Below, one piece after another: positions 36,331-49,830 of a DNA stretch of 64,000 nucleotides. The first letter of the stretch is position 1. Every line of letters begins with the position of its first letter. The position numbers and the translations under genes were made by a program. The stretch comes from Octopus sinensis (taxonomy: Eukaryota): assembly GCF_006345805.1 (NCBI RefSeq), contig NC_043018.1, positions 14,570,001 to 14,634,000 on the forward strand, given 5' to 3'. The notes under the pieces are model-generated. The model saw only the letters and a program-made list of their open reading frames with translations. It did no database searches and was not told the origin of the DNA.

Positions 36331-36922
36331 ATTGAAAATGTGATCACACTGGCACTGCTCCAACATGGCCACAACTTTTGTGCCGAAACGTATAAAAGAA
36401 TAAAAGAATATACATACATACATATTTACATATGAATGCACGTCTCATTTAGTATTATAGTTCATGTGTAAGAAGGTAATACGCCAACTTTAATGTTGAG
36501 AGCAGGGTTACCATTTAACTGTTTCTTTTAAGCACCTACCTAGTGAAACCCGGGGAAAACATTAATTTTAGAAATGCATCGGTATTATAACAAAAGAAAA
36601 AAAATATACGCGTGTATATTGACTTACACAAAGAACTTCATTAAAACTTATTATCAGTTACATCAGACAACGCCGGGTACCTCTGCATGTAAATACACAC
36701 TTGTGTGTGTGCGTGTGTGTTTGTGTGTATGTGTGTGTGTGTGTGGTGTATGTATATGTATGTACACACACACACACGCACACACACACGCACGCACGCA
36801 CGCATATGCACATGAATTTTTACACAGAAAGGTTAATAGTTACTTCGAAGTTTTGGCATAGTCGCCTCCATCAAATTACTTTTTTTTTTATATATGACTA
36901 CACATAAAACAAACATTAATAA

Positions 36923-36994
<72 letters not shown>

Positions 36995-37668
36995 GCACGC
37001 ACGCACGCACACACACATCCGTGTGGAAAGTAATTTCCGACTCGTCTAACGAAAGATACATCGATGTAAGCGAAAGTAATGATATAGGGATACGTTGTTG
37101 TAATTCTATATGTTTACATGACTCATATTTTAGATACGATCTCATAATCCTATTTATAGCGGACAGAAAAGGAAGTAGATTATGTGATGCTCATGCCTTT
37201 CTCATAGGTATTATCTTAGAGTGTGAGATTTTAAATTACCAACAAAGAATAAAATCTAACGCCAATTTCGTACCAGGTTTCTCACATTTTTTTGGTCTTA
37301 TCCATTTACAAAGAATTGATCCTTGTAGATAAGCATTTTCATAGGGATTTATTATTGTTTAGTCTAACATAAGACATCTTCACTGTGTGTATCCAAGTAA
37401 TCGCCTGTCTTCCTTTAAACAACCCTCTCTTCCATTTTTATATTTTACCAGCACTGATGGAGTGAGGCATCCTGAATTTCATATTTTATTGTAGTCTTCC
37501 TAACATTCTCTCATCAGATTTTCCTAAAATTCCTTCATAGAGAGTGGCACACCCAGCTAACAACAAACAATACAACAAAACAACAAACTTTTTGTTTTTC
37601 AGATGATTTGTTAGAGATCTGTTAAAGAATGTCAAATACACTATCACATAACGCAACTAAAAATTATC

Positions 37669-37717
<49 letters not shown>

Positions 37718-38677
37718 TATTATTGTTGTTGTTGTTGTTGTTTGTAATCGTTATCGTTGTCGTTGTTGTTATTGTTGTTAATGACGTTCGCAACACAGCA
37801 GGGTGTTTCTGTACCGATTTCCCACTGTGAGATCTTCACGCCGATTATTAAACTTAAATTTAATAAGCCCGACCAACTGTCTAATTAGGGACCCCTGCCG
37901 AGGCAGTTTTGTTCACCTTACCTTACGTAAATGTTCACAAATTGGAAAAGTTGTATTTTTCTTGAATGTTCTAAAGCAATAAAAAAAATATTAAAAGAAA
38001 TGCCATATTCTCGTTCTAATTTTTTTTATCGACTCATTCTTAATGCTTCACGTGGTCATTAAAATCCTAGCAATCTTTCCAGTTTATGGAGCTCTTATGA
38101 GATGTTTGGGGAAGATGGGATTGCGTTTTTCTCTTGCCTTTGCGAAATTCAAGATTTGAACCATGGGCTGCAAACTAAACAGCCTATGAAACACTTGTCA
38201 GTCAAACATTGCTCCCTCCAGTTACATCACACACGGAATTTATTACTCTTTGAATTGCTCGGTCGTTGAGCGTAAAATATCTTCAACAATGACAGGATCG
38301 TTCCCAAACGGAATACCTACTTTCGCATTCTGGTCCACTATCTGACTAATAGTCTTACAACTCACCAACTACAGCAGCTCACACAGCTCACAACATATTG
38401 TCCTTCTCAGCCATAATTCGCTTTCTCACTTTGACTAATGATCGCTGACTAACACCCATTCTATCTGGCTAACCTCACTCAATGCATATCTCACCCCTCT
38501 TCAGACTTCACTGCAATCATAATAAAAATATTTCTCTCTCACAGAAATTGGGATTAGCTGATGCCGTAAGAGTCATCTCTTATCCTTGCAGCTTTTAAGT
38601 GATAAACACGCCAGCGAGGAACTTATATCTTTTAATTGCGAAGATTACTTCAGGTTATTGAAGAATTTCAACTGCTA

Positions 38678-38990
38678 GTTAGTTAGTTAGTTAATTTTTG
38701 GCTCAAAAAGCAAAAAGCAAGGCCATGTAGGGGGACATGGAGTTATGTACAGGGTGGTGTTCATGTAAAGAGTTCAGGCCACTTGTGGTCAAGGGAGACT
38801 TTGAACCGAGCGGTCGTCGGCATCTTCACCATCTCGTCCGGCAGCTTATTCCACGGATCCGCAACCCGGACGGAGAAAGCCCCTCTCTTTCGATTGAGAT
38901 GAAATCGTCGCAGATAGAGCTTTTCGGAGTGACCCCGCAGCCGACGCTCTGGAGCAAGAGTGAAGAACAGCTCTTTCGAGAGGTTTCGAG
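38678..38990 (-). mobile_element. CR1 LINE 3' end with tail
   Basis: RLRGHSEKL..FHLNRKRGAFSVRVADPWNKLP..FKVSLD; CCATGT..ACATGG stem-loop; (TAAC)n tail. Confidence 0.9.
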
Positions 38991-39347
38991 AGGCTTGTAT
39001 AATTATGTGTGCATGAATATGTGAGCAAGGAGTGTGAGTGTATACGTGCGTATATGCAAACAAGTTAAATGAATTCAGAGCTGTAAAAAATGAATTTGTG
39101 TTGCATTTGCCTCACTTTCCATAACAAAATGTTTTTAGAGCTGATAGTTCGGCACGAATGTCTTCATAGCGGGTAAAAATTATTTAAAGAATTCAAATGC
39201 CATTAAGAATTTGTTCTGTCGTTAAAATCATAGCCATTGTACCGCATTCGTTTGGTGAACTTCTTTAACAAAGTCACCTCTAAAAGACTTCTTTGTAAAT
39301 GTGCTTTTGGAAGGGTACAACTTACTATTTTTCGCATACGTGCATAC

Positions 39348-39486
39348 AGGAGTGGCTGTGTGGTAAGTAGCCTGCTTACTAACCACATGGTTCAGGGTTC
39401 AGTCCCACTGCATAGCACCTTGGGCAAGTGTCTTCTACTATAGCCTGTGAGTGGATTTGGTAGACGGAAACTGAAAGAAGCCCGTC

Positions 39487-39541
<55 letters not shown>

Positions 39542-39762
39542 TTGTGTGTCTGTATTTGTCCACCCAACATCGCTTGACAACCGATGCTGGTGTGTTTACG
39601 TCCCCGTCACTTAGCGGTTCGGCAAAAGAGACCGATAGGATAAGTACTAGGCTTACAAAGAATAAGTCCTGAAGTCGATTTTCTCGATCGACTAAAGGCG
39701 GTGCTCCAGCATGGCCACAGTCAAATGACTGAAACAAATAAAAGAAAAAAGAAAGTAAAAGA
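39348..39762 (+). mobile_element. SINE A, full length (small body deletion)
   Basis: AGGAGTGGCTGTGTGGTAAG...GACTGAAACAAATAAAAG. Confidence 0.92.
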
Positions 39763-39834
39763 AATACATACACACATAGACATACTTATGTGTGTATGTG
39801 TGTGTGTGTTTATGCATGTAAGTATGTAAGGATG

Positions 39835-40040
<206 letters not shown>

Positions 40041-40855
40041 GAGAGAAAGTAAGGAAGAAAAGAATATGTCTGAGATTTGGGAGAGAGAAACGTCTGTCTT
40101 CGTTGGCAGCGAAGAACCGTATATCATGTCAGATAACGACTGCCATTAAGAGGTCATTATTATGTAAAGATGTTTGTCAACAGAACGACTAGGGTGCCTG
40201 AATGTCATATGTCTGATTGACACAGACACTCGAACACACCTCGCACACACACACAAACACATACACATACACACACAACACACTCTCGTACACATAGAGA
40301 CGCACATATACACACACAGCGCACACTCTCACATGCACGCCGAGATACTGAATAAAGAAAAAAACTCCGAATGTCGCAGACAACTGACTGCGAAAGGGAA
40401 GCAATTTCTCCAATCCTTGTCTTCCACTCTCACATTCTTTCTCAGACTATGCACGCTTCTATGCTTTTCCTGCTTTCATTTTTCCGTATTTCTCATCAAT
40501 GAAGGAAGAACCTACCCCAACCACTTCCACTGTAATTTAGACATCACACAATGAAATATTTTATGCAGACATCTATGTACGCATGTTGTGTACATGTATG
40601 TTTATATTGCCCTGCTTATATATACTTATATATATATATATGTATATAGTTATATATATATATATATATATATATAACTTATCATAGAATGAGTTTCGTC
40701 TTTTTTTCCCTTCTACCTGCGTGGTTTGCTTTTGAGTGCTTCGGTTTCTCTGGGATCTCCCTTTAAAGTAGAAAGAGTAGCCAAGAATTTGACTGCTATT
40801 TCTAAACTTCAGTATGTGGTGACGCAAATCGTTTGCTGATCCCTATATTTAGTAT

Positions 40856-40917
<62 letters not shown>

Positions 40918-40920
<3 letters not shown>

Positions 40921-41138
40921 TTCTTTACTACCCACAAGGGGCTAAATACAGAGGGGACAAACACGGACAGACAAACGGATTAAGTCGATTATAAGGACCC
41001 CAGTGCGTAACTGGTACTTAATTTATCAACCCCGAAAGGATGAAAGGCAAAGTCGACCTCGGCGGAATTTGAACTCATAACGTAACGGCAGACGAAATAC
41101 GGCTACGCATTTCGCCCGGCGTGCTAACGTTTCTGCCA
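40918..41138 (-). mobile_element. SINE D
   Basis: TTCTTTACTACCCACAAGGGGCTAAA...GCTAACGTTTCTGCCA. Confidence 0.92.
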
Positions 41139-41934
41139 TGATAATACATCATAATAATATATATTCTCCGATTTGAAGCGACAATTTTTAAATGCAAACA
41201 AACGACCGGAAAATGATGAGCTAACTCTAGCCAGAATCAAACCCATAAATCAACGCTAACATGGCTCCTTGCGCATCCGATTGGGCCAAACGTTCACCCA
41301 TCAATTTCACCCAAATTTAATAAATATATACTTAAACTGTCTGATACTACATATAATATTTGTAAACAAACCAGAAAGGCTTTGTAAGTTACGAAGAGGA
41401 GAAATAATAAGAAAGGGAGAATGCGCATGCGTGAGAATGAGGGACATGATGTACAAATTTCCTGGACAGAAATTCCTGTGGTCAGCATACTGAACCAACA
41501 ACTGAACACCATCATTTTTGTTTTAGTTTTTGCTTTCTTTAATACATACATACGTACATACATTCTTATATATGTATATGTGTGTGTGTGTACATATATA
41601 CATATACATACCCGCACACACACGTATAAAATACACTTTAATTGAAATACAGTTTCGCCAAAATTAAACATATATAATAAATGTGAACGTCAGTGTGTCA
41701 GTGTGTCACACTTTTCCAACTTTACTCCTAGAGACCATAGCCCAACATATCTTACCATTTTGGAATCAGGCTGACTCCGTGAGTAAATTAAAAACATTCC
41801 GGGCCGAATCCGGATCGACAGGGCGGCTTTTAAGCTATTATATATATATATATATATTAATAATAATAATAATAATAAAATGACAACAAAAGAATGATAC
41901 CTCGATATTATGTAAATAGAGGAATTTATAACTA

Positions 41935-41981
<47 letters not shown>

Positions 41982-41984
<3 letters not shown>

Positions 41985-42178
41985 TCTTTTATTCTTTCTT
42001 TGTTTCAGTCATGCTGGAGCAGCACCTTGAAGGGTTTTAGTCGAACAAATCGACCCCAGGGCTTATTCTTTGTAAGCTTAGTACTTATTCTATCTGTGTC
42101 TTTTGCCGAGCCGCTAGGTTACAGGGACGTAAATACACCAGCATCGGTTGTCAAGCGATGGCGGAGAGACAAACACAG

Positions 42179-42212
<34 letters not shown>

Positions 42213-42392
42213 CACACACACACACACACACATACACACACACATATACGACGGGCTTCTTTCAGTTTCCCTCTGCCAAATCCACTCACAAGATTTTGGT
42301 AAGCCTGAGTCTAAAAGTAGAAGACAATTGTCAAAAGTGTCACGAAGTGGGACTGAACCTAGATGCAAGTTTCTTACCACACAGCCGCGCCT
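41982..42392 (-). mobile_element. SINE A, diverged
   Basis: Family A tail, body and head with indels. Confidence 0.88.
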
Positions 42393-43089
42393 GCGGTACA
42401 CTATATATTTATTATGGTAGTTTTGACTTTAAGAGTCCCTCATAGCGTGAGGCATTTACGTGTAGAAATGCCCTTAATATAATAAATGTATTTAAAGTGA
42501 CTAATTATAAATTTTTCCCTTATATGGTTTTCACGCTGACTACTTGATGATTTCTTATATAGATTTTATCCTATGTTTAATTTTAAATGTATATAATATA
42601 CTTTATTATATATATATATATATATATAACGCATAATGTGTGAATATGTATGAACGTGTGTTTGGACTAATTGGTCTTCCTTTAATATAAATAGTTACAA
42701 TATTCATCGTTCCCTCCATCCCACCCTCTGAAAAATAAACAAACAAGAATCTGAGATCTCGACAGAAAACTTAATTTGTGGAGGAAATGACGTCTTTGTT
42801 TACGTTGTTTACGATGAGATAACTTGCCAAAGAAATTAATTAGATCTTTAAATAACAATATCCTAATAATAATAATAATAATAATAATATAACAGTAATT
42901 GTATGATATGTAAGTCGCGAATTAATATTCATATGATTATGAAAAATTCACCTCCTTACCCCAATAAACTTGCATGATGACCTGTCTGTAGAATGTAGGA
43001 AAAACCATTATCAAATGTTACGTTCTTATTATATGGGCTCTTGTTTGTGTGGTGTTGTGTCTTACGAGGGTTGAAGTTGTTGCTGATGT

Positions 43090-43454
43090 TGCTGTTGAGC
43101 GAGCGGTCTTCGTCCCAGAGCTCGCAAGATGGGAGAAGTCCGAAACGTGGTCCTTTGCTATTCGTAAGACCCGCAGAAGAGAAAGCAGGTCAACCCCCGA
43201 CACCGAGAGCATCGACAGATGGATGAATGTGCATCCAGGCTCAGCGGTTGTGTAGGAAGTTGGGGACAAGAAACAGGAAGAAAGAGAGAGAAAGTTGGAG
43301 CGAAAGAGTACAACAAGGGTCGTCATCCTCCACCCCCTGCCGGAGCTTTAGGTATTTTCACTCAATAAACACACACAACGCTCGGTCTGGGAATCGAAAC
43401 CGCGATCTTCCGACCGCGAGTCCACTGCCCTAACCATTGGGCCATTGCCCTCAC
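43090..43454 (-). mobile_element. SINE with family B head and a third, distinct 3' module
   Basis: B head to CTTCCTGTTTCT, then TGTCCCCAACTTCC...CAACAGCA; 18-bp TSD TGAAGTTGTTGCTGATGT at 43072 and 43455. Confidence 0.88.
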
Positions 43455-43879
43455 TGAAGTTGTTGCTGATGTCGTTTAGCTCTTGTCAAATACTAATTGA
43501 CTCGACCTATGATCAAAAGTATTTTAGATATTGCCATAAAGGCTTTCTGAACAAATGTTGAATACGTCATCTGATGCGTCCCTTTTGCTATTTAAGATTG
43601 TAGGTTGTGATTTAGAAAGACTTGCTGACGATTCAGATACCTCAGGTTTTGGCCACAATTCTAAGAGTTCAAATGACTTGGTAGATGCTTTAACATTAGC
43701 GCCTGTTGTTATTGTTGCTGTTTAGCCCTTGGTCAACCATGATTGAGAAGTTCTCAATCAATAAACTACCTGCATCAACTTGATATAAATGCAGATAGTA
43801 ATTTTACCTAGTCCATATTCTTAGTGCTAATTTTGAAGAGTGCAGTCCCATTTTAATAGTTTTTATTAAAACTATTATA

Positions 43880-44020
43880 GAAGTGACAAAGGAGCATATT
43901 CGGCATATTTTGCTTTAAGAGTTCAATAAAGGCAACAACTCAACGGAAAGTGCGAGGAATATTAATGCAGTATATGGGGATCGGACAATAAGCGTAAGTC
44001 ACTGTCAACGGTGGTTCCAG
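43880..44020 (+). mobile_element. Mariner transposase N-terminal relic
   Basis: VTKEHIRHILL*EFNKGNNSTESARNINAVYGDRTISVSHCQRWFQ. Confidence 0.8.
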
Positions 44021-44839
44021 ACTCCCGTTTGCGCCGTGAACAGGGATTAATCTTCTTTCTTCGCTCCTTAGTGCCATATGGGCTCAACTCGACTTTCCGC
44101 TTCATCTAACTTCCTCCCCTCTTCTCTCTCCCCCTCACACATACATCCTCCCACCCACCTCTCCTCTTACTCCGACTCCTACTTCTCTTCACTCCTACTC
44201 TCCTTCTCTCTTCTCTTCACTCCTACCCACCTTCTCCTCCATCGTCACCCCTCCCTCGTAACCCTACCTCTACTCCAACCTTCAGCCTACCCACATACCC
44301 TACCTCCACTCCTACCCTCATCCTAACCCATACCCCACACTTGCTTTCCCCACTCTCGCCTCCCCCACCTCCCAACACCATCACATCACACTACACACCA
44401 CTACACCATACACCACCATACCACATAACACCACATCACATCACACCACCACGCACACACTAGCATTGACCACTTCCCGGCCCCACATCGACAAACCTAC
44501 ACATACACACACGCATGCGTTAAGGTCACCAGCCCTCTTCCACACGCACATACTCTCTTATACACACGCACGCGACCTTCATTTTGGGATCACCACTACT
44601 TTATTATCTCCCCTTCTTCCTAGCTCTCCTGTGTGAGCCCCCCGTCCGGCATTCGCCATTATGGATCACTAGCCACTAAACGTTCTTTATTTTCTCTCCT
44701 TGTTTCTTTCTGTGTTCCTTTCTGAGGAAGAGCGTAGGCTCCTAACGTTAAAGACTTTTTCATTTCCCGATCATTAAACTAATACATCTGTTTGTTGTCT
44801 ACACCACCTGTCTTCGTCTTTTTTTTTGTGAATTCTCCC

Positions 44840-44850
<11 letters not shown>
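44020..44850 (+). mobile_element. Penelope-like element 3' end: GIY-YIG C-terminus, pyrimidine-rich UTR and terminal repeat with hammerhead relic
   Basis: RLRREQGLIFFLRSLVPYGLNSTFRFI*; CTTT-CTGAGGA-A-GAGC-GTAG-GCTC-CTAAC-GTT-AAAG at 44718-44753. Confidence 0.75.
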
Positions 44851-44929
<79 letters not shown>

Positions 44930-45190
44930 TAATAGTAGAAAATATAATTCCAAAACTTACAGGGAAAATTCAATTTAACAATTTTAAATCAAATTTCACA
45001 ATATATAATATAGGTATATAATTTCGAGAAAAATCTCTATTAAACAATTCAATAAAGGAAGATGTTATTCACACCATATATAAAAACATATACTATAAAA
45101 AAACTTATTTTAAATCAATAAAGTACTGTAAAGTACAATAAATAGTAAATAGTAAATAGTATTGAATTGTTTAATAGTGGGTTTTCTCTA

Positions 45191-45264
<74 letters not shown>

Positions 45265-45349
45265 TTAGGGAATAAATTATTATTCCAACCTTACAGATAA
45301 AATTCAGTGTAATAATATTAGACCGAATTTCGTAATATATAATATATGA

Positions 45350-45407
<58 letters not shown>

Positions 45408-46214
45408 AATAAAAGGGATTAAAAAATCTAGTCAGATATCTATAAAGCACTCAATGTTAAACGAATTCGGTTAACAGTATCCAACAATTAGATAATTATA
45501 AATAGAAGCAGAATTTAGCATCCAAGGTAATTCTTCACGAATGACAAATAAATCCAAATATCGTTTAGAAGAATGGAAAAAATACCAGTCAAATTATTGA
45601 GTAGATATATCCGAAAATATTTCTTCTTAACGTTCTTTTTGCGTGTGTTCGTCTACTTGGGATATTTTCTTAATTCTCTTTGAATTTAATCAATTTTGGA
45701 TTGCCTTGATAACGTTTAGTAGCTGTTGTATAACCCCAGTCCATCCCCGATTGAGTAGAGGGAGGTGAGAAAATACATTCGAATTCCCACCTATTTCGTT
45801 TTGTGTATTGTTACCCCACATGTTGTAATCTTATGTGCTGTTAGCTTTTAAAGAGAATAGGATGTAATTTGAGGAAGAATTGGCTGTTCTTTGTGGCTGG
45901 CCGAGTGGTCACATAGAAAGTTCTTTGTTAGATCTTTGGTAGTTATGACAAAATAATGTACAAGAACGGAAAGACAGTTAATATGAACATGATATGGTGG
46001 AAGCCAGGCACAACATGTAGAATAGACCTAGCAGCAATAAAACTGTGGCGGAGGAGGCGAGATAACACAAGCTTCTTGCTTGTAATCGTTTATACATAAC
46101 AAAACTGGATAGTATTTCCTCGTCACAGTTCCACGTTGATTGCCCTTAAGGCCGTGAAAACAATGTAAAAGACCATGACAGAAGTTAAATAAACACACAA
46201 CTTCGCTTATAAGT

Positions 46215-46496
46215 TTAGGGTTACTGAATGGCACGAGGAACATTCTAGTGAAGTTGAACATCTTATCTGGCCACCACAGTCCCCAGATCTCAATATTATT
46301 GAACATTTATGGTGCAATTTACAAAAACAAAGTAAGGAGTCGATATCCTCCACCATCATCACTACAAGAACTGGAGACTGTTTTAGCTGAAGAATGGACA
46401 AAAATTCCTTTGGAAACAATTCAAACTTTGTACGAGTCCATACCTCGTAGAATTCAAGCTGTAATTACTGCCAAAGGCGGTCCTACCCAATATTAA
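46215..46496 (+). mobile_element. Tc1 (DD34E-type) transposase C-terminal relic
   Basis: WPPQSPDLNIIEHLW..LQELETVLAEEWTKIP..IQTLYESIPRRIQAVITAKGGPTQY*. Confidence 0.88.
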
Positions 46497-46534
46497 AATT
46501 AATTTGTTTGAAATTTTAATAGAGAATACAGTCA

Positions 46535-46628
46535 CTTGCTTTGTCGTCCGTCTTTACGTTCTGAGTTCAAATTCCACCGAGGTTGACTTTGCCTTTCATC
46601 CTTTCAGGGTAGATGAAATAAGTGCTAA
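46535..46628 (+). mobile_element. SINE D fragment
   Basis: TACGTTCTGAGTTCAAATTCCACCGAGGTTGACTTTGCCTTTCATCC. Confidence 0.8.
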
Positions 46629-47078
46629 TTTTGCCTATAATAGGAAGGATTATATATAATATTCTTCCACTCCCGCCTCGTTTTTATACCCTTAGTCGAA
46701 CCTCACTTGACATCATCACCATTGAAACAATGTCATTAATGAATATTGACGAAAGGACTTTGACAAACAACTGATTAATTATTTAAGCAACAAATTAAAC
46801 AAGCACTCGATTAGTTGGTTAGGTTACGAACCAATTAACTAACGGAGTTAAATTGAGTGAAATTTGAACCAGTGCGTGTGTTTATTATTATTAACATAGT
46901 TATCTTCCCTACGTATAAAATTTAAATAACCGCTCAGTCTGAAAAGCGCAGGGTTATATACTTGGACTGTTACTTGACATTCCGTTGAACCCCTAATGCG
47001 AAACCGATCGGAAAGATCGGCTGTGATGGATATAGAATACTGAACACTTCGATTAACTTACAAGGGGCTGCTGAAAAG

Positions 47079-47350
47079 TTTCTGGCTTTAAGGATATCGC
47101 GAAAGGGTCGAGCTGTTACCTTTACAGGAGAGGTAGGACAACCAGTTAGGAGAAGATATGCAAAAAAATCTTTGTGGTATACAATATATCTTTTTCCTCT
47201 TTTTTTTTTTTTGCAGATTTAATGCATGATGGCAGCTCCTGCAGTGGATTTTGCTAAAACTGAAGCAGAGGCGGTCATAAAGCAGCTCCTCCTTTTGCAT
47301 GGGAAAGGAGTAGCTGAAATGATGATAATAATCTTTTCTACTAAAGGCAT
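47079..47350 (+). mobile_element. Possible mariner 5' end relic
   Basis: TACAAGGGGCTGCTGAAAAGTT TIR-like start; KTEAEAVIKQLLL resembles a mariner N-terminus. Confidence 0.4.
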
Positions 47351-47379
47351 AAGGCCTGAAATTTGTTGGGAAGGGACTG

Positions 47380-47545
47380 GTTGATTACATCGACCTCCCC
47401 CACCGTGTTTCACTGGTACTTAATATATCGACCCCCGAAATGATGAAAGGCAAAATCTACTTCAGCTGAATTTGAACTCAGAACGCGAAGACGGACGAAA
47501 TGCCGCTAAGCATTTTGCCTGCTCAAGTTCTGCCGCTTTGCTGCT
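47380..47545 (-). mobile_element. SINE D, diverged
   Basis: GATTACATCGACC..CTGGTACTTAAT..GATGAAAGGCAAA..TTTGAACTCAGAACG. Confidence 0.8.
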
Positions 47546-47549
47546 ACGA

Positions 47550-47621
47550 TAATAATGATGATGATGATGATGACGACGACGATAATGATGATGATGATAA
47601 TGATGATGGTGATGATAATAA

Positions 47622-47657
<36 letters not shown>

Positions 47658-47661
47658 ATAA

Positions 47662-47697
<36 letters not shown>

Positions 47698-47711
47698 ATA
47701 ATAATAATAAT

Positions 47712-47768
<57 letters not shown>

Positions 47769-47795
47769 ATTACAACAACAACAGCAACAACAAGC
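47550..47795. repeat. (GAT)n/(AAT)n microsatellite
   Basis: Direct reading. Confidence 0.95.
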
Positions 47796-48279
47796 TGTTG
47801 GTCTTAATTGCTTCATTTATTTGTGTCTTGAGCAAAGGTCTGCCGGATTTTGGTCAGTGAGGGTCAAACACACAATAACTGACCTCACACTCGACGAAAA
47901 CGGAAGGCAATTAGAGACAGAAAAAAGGTGTAGCGAGGTTGGAGACGTCGTCGGTGAAGGTAGCAGTGCTAATAGGGGTGGTCAGGGTGGCGGTATTGGA
48001 GGCATTGAAAGCAGTGGGTGTTGGAAGGGACGATGGGTTTTTTAGGGGTATGTGGTGGTGGCGGTGGTGGTGGTGGTGGTGGTGGTGGTGGAGAGAAATG
48101 GCGAATTTAATGATGATACACTTGGTTCGTTTTAGTCATCATCATCCCCACCATTGCTATCATCATCATCGACAAAATCATCATCGGCGTGAACATCATT
48201 ATCGTCGTCGTCGTCATCATCATCATCTTGTTCATTCTTGTTCATAATCATATGCATACGTGTGTTTGTGTGTGCGTAC

Positions 48280-48411
48280 ATACATACATACATATACACA
48301 TATATAATATATATATATTATATATACATATATATATAATATATATATTATATATACATATATATAATATATATACACATATATATAATATATATATATA
48401 TATTATATATA

Positions 48412-48454
<43 letters not shown>

Positions 48455-48633
48455 ATGTATATATATGATATATACATATATATCATATATATATAATATA
48501 CATATATAATATATATATATAATATATATATATATATAATATACATACATATATATATATATATAATATATATATATATAATATATACATATATAATATA
48601 TATATAATATATATATATATACATATATATATT

Positions 48634-48675
<42 letters not shown>
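48280..48675. repeat. (TA)n-rich compound microsatellite
   Basis: Direct reading. Confidence 0.95.
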
Positions 48676-48679
<4 letters not shown>

Positions 48680-48829
48680 CAGTGTGTGCGCGTGTATGTG
48701 TCTTTGTACAATGTGGCAAGCACCTTACATAGTCACACATCATTTTGGCAGTTTAATCGCAATTGTAACATTAAACATACACATACACACACATATACAT
48801 ACACCCTATATGTATACCCACACACACAG

Positions 48830-48904
<75 letters not shown>

Positions 48905-48968
48905 CGTGTCTAAATGTGCATAGAAGAATGTATGTGTATACAGTAATTTGCTCGCTGAAGTGGGTGAA

Positions 48969-49010
<42 letters not shown>

Positions 49011-49780
49011 GCAGTGAAGGCCAGATCTTTGAAGTAATATTCAGAGGTGAGCAGCAGAAGTGCTTGGCAACGGAAGTGATGCTAAATCACCATCAGAAAG
49101 AGAGTGTCTTTCTTGGCGCCATATTGTCCAGTGCAACTGCCTTTTCTCACACTTTCCCACGCTTTTAGCTGTCTTTTCAGGCCTCCTTCCTCTCATCATT
49201 ATCATCATCATCATCATCATCGTCATCACCACTATCATCATCGTCATCATCGTCATCATCGTCATCATCTCTGTCATCTCTGTCGCTTGGTCAAATTCTG
49301 CACGATTGCAATGACACGTTTGTGCATTCTCTCTTCATCCTCATTCTCTCTCTTTCCTCTTCCTCTTCCTCCTCCCCCTCCTCCCCTCCCCTCCTCTCTA
49401 TCTTTGTCTATCTACCTATCTACCTTTCTCATTCTAAAACACTTTCTGTTCCCCACCTGTCCCTTCTTCTGTAGCGACCATTTTTGGTGCAATTAGTGAG
49501 GCCACGTCTTTCATCAAGGCAAGAGTGCAGCTCTTCACGTACGCCTCGTCTCATCCTTTTTCTCTTTGCCAGCATCCCTCGAATCTCTTGTTTTCTATTG
49601 TGCTGTGTCTGCTGCGACGAGATTATGAGTTGCATGAAGGCACGTCGCTAACCACACACTTGCACACGCGAAAACGGAAAAGAAAAAGAGTTGCAGAGAG
49701 GAAGAAAGACAAGCAAAGAAGCAGGGTGAGAGAAAAAAGGAGAAAAAGAAGCTTGACAGATATCTGTATGATATATGTGT

Positions 49781-49830
<50 letters not shown>

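Noticed and set aside
47190-47350. Strong splice acceptor followed by MAAPAVDFAKTEAEAVIK
   Set aside because: Lies within what appears to be a mariner 5' relic; more likely decayed transposase than a host exon.
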